Of a stretch of DNA of 64,000 nt, positions 58,209 through 64,000 are shown piece after piece. Positions within the stretch are counted from its first letter, which is position 1; each line of letters opens with the position of its first letter. Origin of the DNA: Bacteroidetes bacterium ADurb.Bin217 (GTDB lineage Bacteria > Bacteroidota > Bacteroidia > Bacteroidales > UBA1715); contig MWCJ01000008.1 of NCBI GenBank assembly GCA_002069975.1, positions 3,529 to 67,528 on the forward strand, read 5' to 3'. The translations under genes and the position numbers were made by a program. The notes beneath the pieces were generated by a model, which worked only from the letters and a program-made list of their open reading frames with translations, was not told the origin of the DNA and made no database searches.

Positions 58209-59342
58209 ATGATAGAATCTATTTTCTCCATTTTTAAAAATTCCTTGTCAATTACATTTTTTGTGTTGACAACCATGTTGTTTATTGAATATATAAATGT
58301 TCGTTCTTCGGGGGCATTTAGTAAATTAATAAAAAAAAACGGGTTTCGTCAAATTCTTTTAGGTTCATTATTAGGGGCTATTCCCGGGTGCTTGGGTACC
58401 TATACAATTGTAACTTTTTATACGCATAATCTTGTAACTTTAGGTGCATTAACTGCCGCATTTGTCTCTACTATGGGCGATGAGGCTTTTTTATTGTTTT
58501 CTATTCAACCAATGAAAGCACTGTTAATATTTGCCGGATTATTTGTTATAGGAATAGTTACTGGGGTAATTGTAGATATTATATATGCTAAAAAAAATAA
58601 GGAAAGAGATGCTAAAAATATCATGCATTTCGAAATTCACGAAACAGAAGAACACTCTATTTCAGTTCCAAAATTTTCTACTATAGTTTCTAATATAAAA
58701 AATGCTTCACCGCACCGTGCTCTATTATTGTTTGGTATTGCTATTATATTGGTGTTGTCGTTGTTAGGTCATATTGGGCATAGTCACGATTTTTTAACAT
58801 CATTTACTATCCAACCTTCGGTAGAGCATATTCATAGTGAGTCGTGTGAACAAGGACACGAACATGCTCATGAACATGGTATTAATTGGCTGGCTGTTAC
58901 TTTTGCAATTATGTCGTTGCTTGCTGCTTATGTGGTAAGTGTTGTAAACGAGCATTTTTTGGAAGCTCATTTTTGGAGTCATATTATTAAAAAGCATTTT
59001 ATTAAGGTTTTTGCTTGGACTACTATTGTATTAGTTATAGTTATGGTACTTAACCAATATATTCACATCGAAGATTTTCTTCAAGCATATACATATGAAT
59101 TATTATTGTTAGCTATTTTAATAGGTATTATTCCCGAATCAGGTCCGCATATTATATTTTTATCATTATATATTTCAGGTGCTATTCCATTAAGTATTTT
59201 ACTAGCAAATTCTATAGTGCAAGATGGTCATGGTGCTTTACCTCTTATAGCCGAATCTAAAAAGACATTCTTTCAAGTTAAATTTATTAATATGATTGTA
59301 GCGGCAATAGTTGGGTTTGTTGGATTACAATTCGGATTGTAA
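58209..59342 (+). CDS. Putative 10-TM metal ion transporter with a His-rich loop (ArsP_2/DUF2899-like)
   Basis: GAIPGCLG and STMGDEAF motifs, and the loop HIHSESCEQGHEHAHEHG. Family assignment is from memory. Confidence 0.45.
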   Translation: MIESIFSIFKNSLSITFFVLTTMLFIEYINVRSSGAFSKLIKKNGFRQILLGSLLGAIPGCLGTYTIVTFYTHNLVTLGALTAAFVSTMGDEAFLLFSIQPMKALLIFAGLFVIGIVTGVIVDIIYAKKNKERDAKNIMHFEIHETEEHSISVPKFSTIVSNIKNASPHRALLLFGIAIILVLSLLGHIGHSHDFLTSFTIQPSVEHIHSESCEQGHEHAHEHGINWLAVTFAIMSLLAAYVVSVVNEHFLEAHFWSHIIKKHFIKVFAWTTIVLVIVMVLNQYIHIEDFLQAYTYELLLLAILIGIIPESGPHIIFLSLYISGAIPLSILLANSIVQDGHGALPLIAESKKTFFQVKFINMIVAAIVGFVGLQFGL

Positions 59343-59387
59343 ATAAAGCAGGCTCTCTATTAAATTTCCTGTAATTTGAGAGTATCT

Positions 59388-60410
59388 CTATTTTTTAATT
59401 AAAACTTTGGACACATCAAGTATATGCAAACTATTGGTATATAAGTCTTGTACAGAGTTGTGTGTAATATTGTACAAAGAATTGTTTCCTTCTAAATTCG
59501 CATAAGATTTTGTGAGTTTAAATGAGGTATTGTTTTTAAGTTCTAATATTTTATCTATTGTATTTGTTTCTACAAAAAATATAGCATCTGTCTGATTGTT
59601 GGTAAAAAAATCTACTGCTTCTATTTGATTTTTTGTTTTTACCAAAACTAACGTGTCTATATAAGGAAGTCGAATATTAGATTTGTCGAATTTAAAGAAT
59701 TTTTTATTTCTTGTAAGCAATACAAATGAAGAGTCGTGTTGCCAATCGTAAGTGAAAGCACCTGTTCCAATTTTACAATCGGCTTCATATTTTGCTATTC
59801 CTTCATGCGGAAGTATTGATGCCGCCGGATGAGCTAAATTATATAAAAATAGAACTGATGGTGTTTCGAGTATTATTTTTAATGAATATTTAGATAATAC
59901 TTGAATACCCGGTATCTGTTTTTTTTCGGTATCGTTTGTTTGCGAATTTTTAAAATATTCTTTAGCTCCCAATATGCGTGAAACAGTATTGGTAAAATTT
60001 TTATTATATGGCGAAGGCGTAGATAGGGTATAAAAAGTATATTCAACATCGTAGGCGGTAACATTTCTTCCTTTTCCGCCACTAAAACAATTATCATCGT
60101 GAAAATATACGGTAGAATCTAAATATAAAATATATACTCTTCCGGTATTATCTATGTCCCAGTTTTTACAAATACCAGGTTCTAACGTAGTGTTTTGAGG
60201 ATTATACGAAAATAATCCTAAATGAAATTGTGATACAATTTGTTTTTCGCTTTCGCTAATTATTGAAGGTGGAAATAGTGTTGTAACATCAGCATCTATG
60301 GGCAACCGTAAAGTTCCTCCGCAAATTTCATTTCGTTTTTCTTCTTGTTCTTTAGGAGTACAAGATATGCAAAAACCACAAATGCTTACAATGAGTAATA
60401 GTTTAATCAT
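59388..60410 (-). CDS. Solute-binding-protein family 5-like lipoprotein (short)
   Basis: Lipobox ISCT, then GGTLRLPIDADVTTLFP, as in the N-termini of peptide/nickel SBPs. At 340 aa it is shorter than typical, and no ABC partners are adjacent. Confidence 0.45.
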   Translation of the reverse strand: MIKLLLIVSICGFCISCTPKEQEEKRNEICGGTLRLPIDADVTTLFPPSIISESEKQIVSQFHLGLFSYNPQNTTLEPGICKNWDIDNTGRVYILYLDSTVYFHDDNCFSGGKGRNVTAYDVEYTFYTLSTPSPYNKNFTNTVSRILGAKEYFKNSQTNDTEKKQIPGIQVLSKYSLKIILETPSVLFLYNLAHPAASILPHEGIAKYEADCKIGTGAFTYDWQHDSSFVLLTRNKKFFKFDKSNIRLPYIDTLVLVKTKNQIEAVDFFTNNQTDAIFFVETNTIDKILELKNNTSFKLTKSYANLEGNNSLYNITHNSVQDLYTNSLHILDVSKVLIKK

Positions 60411-60421
60411 ATAATGAGCAA

Positions 60422-60853
60422 TTATAAAAATATATGCGTAATTATTTTTTGTTGTTTGTTGTTAAATTTTTGTAAATCAATTTTTTGTGCATATAAAATT
60501 GAAGATATATTTTGAATTGATTGAATACGAGGTTCTAAACCAATACTAAGTCCCGTTATTCGAAGAAAAAAATCAATTGAGTCCATAAAATCTATGAGAG
60601 GTCCTTTATCGGTTTTGTTTGCAATTAAATCTATGGTAATTTTTCGTTGTTCGTCGTGAGCCGAATAAAGAGCATGTATTGTTGAAATTCCCGAAGACAG
60701 TTCGAACACTCGAGGTTGTTGAATTTTTAACATTACTCCAAGTTCTTGTTGTAATATATCAATAAAACTAAATTCGTCACAATTTACTCGTAAGGCAAGT
60801 ATTGTTGAATTTGAATTGTTTTCAATAGATATTATTTTCTTTTTCACTGCCAT
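60422..60853 (-). CDS. Hypothetical protein (possibly IPExxxVDY-family-like)
   Basis: 143 aa. The LIDFMDSIDFFL segment loosely resembles that family motif (weak, from memory). Confidence 0.3.
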   Translation of the reverse strand: MAVKKKIISIENNSNSTILALRVNCDEFSFIDILQQELGVMLKIQQPRVFELSSGISTIHALYSAHDEQRKITIDLIANKTDKGPLIDFMDSIDFFLRITGLSIGLEPRIQSIQNISSILYAQKIDLQKFNNKQQKIITHIFL

Positions 60854-61590
60854 TATTTAAAATCTTTTAAAAAGAACAATAAGCTTAACCAAAATTCATC
60901 GCGAGTTGCCGATTCCCACCACAGTGTTTTTGCCCCATGTAATCCGTCGGAGCCTTCGGGTTTAAATACAATTTTCTTTTTAGATTGTGTTCCCGAAAGT
61001 AGTTGTAATACATAGTAATGTTCGCTCCTTGGGCAGCCTACAAAATACGGGGTTTGCAATCCTCGAATAGATTCTTCAATTGACAATTCTGCACCAAAAA
61101 ATTCTCCTGGACTAAAACCTATAACAGCTTCTATATCGTTTCGTTCGTTTGCTGTTTTTAAGCATAACGATGCCGAAAATGAACTGCCCATTAAAAAAAT
61201 TCGTGGTTTAGTGTCAAGTGTTTTTACATAAGAAATAGCTGCTGCAATATCTTTTTCGCAATCAATCATAGAACTAGCAAATCCACCTTTTTTAGCTCGC
61301 ATGGCTGTTTCGTTATTTACAAAATTCACTTCGTTGCCATAGCGTAAATCTACAGCTATACAGGTAAAGCCTATTTTAATCAGTCGCGTTGCAATTTGCT
61401 GAAATTCTCCTCTACTATATTCTGCTTGATGAAATAGGAGCATATACTTGGAAGATTCTACATCGGTATCGTATACATCTGCTGTTATTTCTAAACCATC
61501 TGCTGCAAAAAATGTAATAGTTTTTTGTGCCTGTAAGATAGTCGATACCATACAGAAGAAACAGATGATTATATATACTTTAATTCTCAT
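60853..61590 (-). CDS. Secreted alpha/beta hydrolase (dienelactone hydrolase-like)
   Basis: Signal peptide, a nucleophile-elbow-like LMGSSFSA, and a C-terminal HG. Confidence 0.55.
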   Translation of the reverse strand: MRIKVYIIICFFCMVSTILQAQKTITFFAADGLEITADVYDTDVESSKYMLLFHQAEYSRGEFQQIATRLIKIGFTCIAVDLRYGNEVNFVNNETAMRAKKGGFASSMIDCEKDIAAAISYVKTLDTKPRIFLMGSSFSASLCLKTANERNDIEAVIGFSPGEFFGAELSIEESIRGLQTPYFVGCPRSEHYYVLQLLSGTQSKKKIVFKPEGSDGLHGAKTLWWESATRDEFWLSLLFFLKDFK

Positions 61591-61638
61591 AGTTGCATGT
61601 TGTTACGAACCTTATTTTTAATAGGTTACAATATATAC

Positions 61639-61671
61639 AAAAAAAGCCACCGTAAAGGTGACTTTTTTTTT
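61639..61671. terminator. Terminator after atpC
   Basis: A7, then GCCACC-GTAAA-GGTGAC, then T9 (one mismatch in the stem). Confidence 0.55.
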
Positions 61672-61691
61672 AATTTTTATTCACGTATTTG

Positions 61692-61928
61692 TTAGTCTAC
61701 TAGTATTAATATTTTATTTTGAGATTGTTCTACAACACCACCAGGTATTTCGAATGTATGTTTTTTACCGGTAGTGTCAAGCAAAACTATTGTTCCATGT
61801 TGTAAGGTTGCAATAATAGGAGCGTGATTTTCCAGTATTTCAAACGAACCGCTGCTTCCCGGAACATTTACTTGAGTAGCTTGTCCGCAATACAATTGTG
61901 ATGATGGGGTTATAATTTCAATTTCCAT
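61692..61928 (-). CDS. atpC: F1 ATP synthase epsilon subunit, beta-sandwich domain only
   Basis: EIITPSSQLY...VNVPGSSGSFEILENHAPIIATL. 78 aa, 6 nt downstream of atpD. Confidence 0.8.
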   Translation of the reverse strand: MEIEIITPSSQLYCGQATQVNVPGSSGSFEILENHAPIIATLQHGTIVLLDTTGKKHTFEIPGGVVEQSQNKILILVD

Positions 61929-61934
61929 ATACTT

Positions 61935-63458
<1,524 letters not shown>

Positions 63459-63600
63459 TTAGATTATTCTTATCTTAGTTATTACAAAATTAGTATTTTC
63501 TGTGTATTTACAAAAAAATCTGTACTTTTTTTTGAAAAAAATATTCGTATCACAAAGACATGGTTATTATATGAAAAGACATTGTGTTATTGTATGTGAA

Positions 63601-63917
63601 AAAGGTTGAAAGGTTTAAGGGTTTAAGGATAAAAGGGTATAATTTTTAATTAGATGGTGAATTGTAGGGGCATCCCTTGTGGTTGCCCATAGATGAGCCA
63701 ATGTGAAATATAAGATATGAATTATGAGATTTTAGTTGGGTTTATAGGAATAAGGGTTTAAGGGTATAAAGGTTTAAGGGTATAATTTTTAATTAGATGG
63801 TGAATTGTAGGGGCAATCCCTTGTGGTTGCCCATAGATGAGCCAATGTGAGATATAAGATATGAATTATGAGATTTTAGTTGGGTATATAGGTTTATAGG
63901 TTTAAAGGTTTAAGGGG
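63601..63917. repeat. Tandem duplication of a roughly 143-bp unit with an internal hairpin, separated by GGTTTAAGGG-like microsatellite
   Basis: Core copies lie at 63632-63747 and 63775-63891 and differ at three positions by eye. Each contains GGGCA(A)TCCCTTGTGGTTGCCC. Confidence 0.85.
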
Positions 63918-64000
63918 GTTGCAATTTTAAATCATTGAATATTTGATGATTAATTGTAATTCATTAGTGCTGTTTTATGGGGGGATTCAAAGTTTTTTTT

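Noticed and set aside
63601-63917. CRISPR array interpretation of the tandem repeats here and of the 8-mer array at 1534-1557.
   Set aside because: There are only two long units with no unique spacers of CRISPR size. The 8-mers are contiguous. No cas genes are in the window.

Overview
AT-rich chromosomal segment that looks like Bacteroidota. Supporting signs are T9SS C-terminal sorting domains, a PorP/SprF-like barrel, a FISUMP lipoprotein, TAnnTTTG -7 promoter boxes, split atpDC and PPi-PFK. All protein identifications come from motifs read in the supplied translations; no database search was run. Most of the window is densely packed housekeeping DNA: trpC/trpF, gmk, plsC, ispE, dnaX, rlmD, rnr, nadE, meaB, pfp, fmt, cinA and atpDC. 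Two tRNAs are present, Pro-TGG and Arg-TCT. Envelope and secretion genes are interspersed: outer-membrane barrels, lipoproteins, T9SS cargo, and a Wza/Wzc polysaccharide export pair. I found no CRISPR array, integrase, transposase, prophage or recognisable defence genes, and I cannot point to a complete, clearly novel multi-gene system. The items most worth a second look are these. (1) dnaX is split at an A10 slippery run, so the zero frame gives a gamma-like product and a -1 shift is needed for full-length tau. (2) A promoter-to-terminator, highly self-complementary candidate sRNA of about 250 nt lies in a 590-bp gene-free gap. (3) A 16-nt motif, TAGAAACTGTTTARAT, occurs only in intergenic DNA. 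(4) A family of hairpin-containing intergenic repeats includes a 143-bp tandem duplication upstream of atpD. (5) Iterated TGACGCAC repeats lie beside tRNA-Pro. (6) A tightly coupled five-gene operon is built around a 1066-aa ABCG-type transporter with a long N-terminal regulatory-looking extension. (7) A PorP/SprF-like barrel heads a wza-wzc-fmt operon.
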